Sequence record: NC_031107.2
DNA: 64,000 nucleotides
Strand: one strand, 5' to 3'
Every line of letters begins with the position of its first letter. Position 1 is the stretch's first letter. The translations under genes were made by a program, and so were the position numbers. The notes under the pieces are model-generated. The model did no database searches and was not told the DNA's origin. It saw only the letters and a list, made by a program, of their open reading frames with translations. This document shows, one piece after another, positions 63,203 through 64,000 of the stretch.

Positions 63203-64000
63203 AGCGGGTTAAGATGTACGCGTTGCTGATGTTGGACGACTGGTTTCAACATCAGACAACAAACAAGAAAGCGGCGAAGATAGCGTACCTCGTCATGGCG
63301 AAGGTCATCAGTGAACTGCGCTGGGACCATTCGTGTTTCTTTGAACAGATGTTGCGTCTGCTGTGTCACGATTTTGACAAATGGGAATACGGTATCAAGC
63401 GTGACCGTATGTTTGACGTGTGGTGGGTGGTCTCTGAGGAAGAGGAGTCGTGGTTCAAACGCGACACTACCGAAGCTGAACGCATCATCATGAAAATGTT
63501 GTTCGATGATTCAGATCCTCGCTCATTACGCATCCATAACCGGATGTACCAAATGGGTGAGAACTGGCTCTGGGCAACACAGGAAATTGCGGCGTCATTA
63601 AACAGCCCGGTCACGGTGGCCTCTTACGGAGACCTGCTGGCCCACAATCTGTGGTTCGGTGGTGATGAAGAGGAGTACGGTGACGCGGTTGTTGAGTTGT
63701 ATCTCCACCCCGAAGATGCGGAATGGCCAGAATTGATTGCTAAGTACCCAACCGAGGATTACATCTGGTTGGTACGCGGTGTGTTCTGGGAGCCGATACT
63801 GGATGTGGTCTGCCATAAAGGCGTCACCATTCTTGACCGCTCAACCATTGTGCAACAGATGATCAGGAATATTGGCTATGATGACGGTATACAGTCAAGC
63901 ATTGCTGGAGCTGCAGGAGGTGTTTGCGCACGCACAGCCAGAGGGGCTACCGACGGAATCAAAGAAGGGGCCGGTCTACCTGTTAGTGGCGGAGATGCTG
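63199..64000 (+). CDS. Hypothetical protein, runs off the window (TTG 63199 or ATG 63214)
   Basis: Hand-translated open frame (MYALLMLDDWFQHQ...) with no stop before 64000; absent from the track. Confidence 0.65.
   Translation, partial: MKRVKMYALLMLDDWFQHQTTNKKAAKIAYLVMAKVISELRWDHSCFFEQMLRLLCHDFDKWEYGIKRDRMFDVWWVVSEEEESWFKRDTTEAERIIMKMLFDDSDPRSLRIHNRMYQMGENWLWATQEIAASLNSPVTVASYGDLLAHNLWFGGDEEEYGDAVVELYLHPEDAEWPELIAKYPTEDYIWLVRGVFWEPILDVVCHKGVTILDRSTIVQQMIRNIGYDDGIQSSIAGAAGGVCARTARGATDGIKEGAGLPVSGGDA
63878..64000 (+). CDS. Possible start of the next gene (MMTVYSQALLELQEVF...), partial
   Basis: ATGATG after CAGGA; open to window end in a different frame. Confidence 0.4.
   Translation, partial: MMTVYSQALLELQEVFAHAQPEGLPTESKKGPVYLLVAEML

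Noticed and set aside
1-64000. tRNA/rRNA genes, integrase, transposase, intron or intein
   Set aside because: No cloverleaf, catalytic motifs or splice signatures recognised by eye; tRNAscan and HMM searches would be needed to exclude them formally.

Overview
64 kb from a large lytic tailed phage of the phiKZ-related jumbo type, probably infecting an enterobacterium. This is inferred from the paralogous virion gene families, an SbcC-like ATPase, a long RNase H, TATG late-type and TATATTAC early-type promoter motifs, and many TTCG-loop terminators. No tRNA, CRISPR array, integrase or transposase was seen. Layout: (1) 1-12.3 kb (+): virion/fibre paralogues, including a three-gene cassette repeated three times. 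(2) 12.4-15.7 kb: GH108 endolysin, micro-ORFs, DUF1353, a lipoprotein and two small virion paralogues. (3) 35.7 to 15.8 kb (-): four tail-fibre-like genes, then three Cys/Ser/Gly 'Cxxx-repeat' peptides sharing a leader and a CGGxCSWxCS core start, two radical SAM enzymes (one with a full SPASM domain), two unknown genes and a fibre-chaperone-like gene. This phage-encoded RiPP-like peptide-modification system inside a tail-fibre block is the standout finding. (4) 35.7-38.4 kb: virion protein, signal-less DUF1471 protein, baseplate spike. (5) 38.6-64 kb, mostly (+): early/replication region with secreted Cys-paired paralogues, SbcC, GNAT, a small protein carrying an exact 12-residue EF-Tu motif, a macrodomain, an SLT transglycosylase, a spanin-like pair, a 3'-5' exonuclease and RNase H. 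Family names come from motif recognition by eye, not from database searches. Several starts were moved from the ORF track to the codon with a ribosome-binding site.
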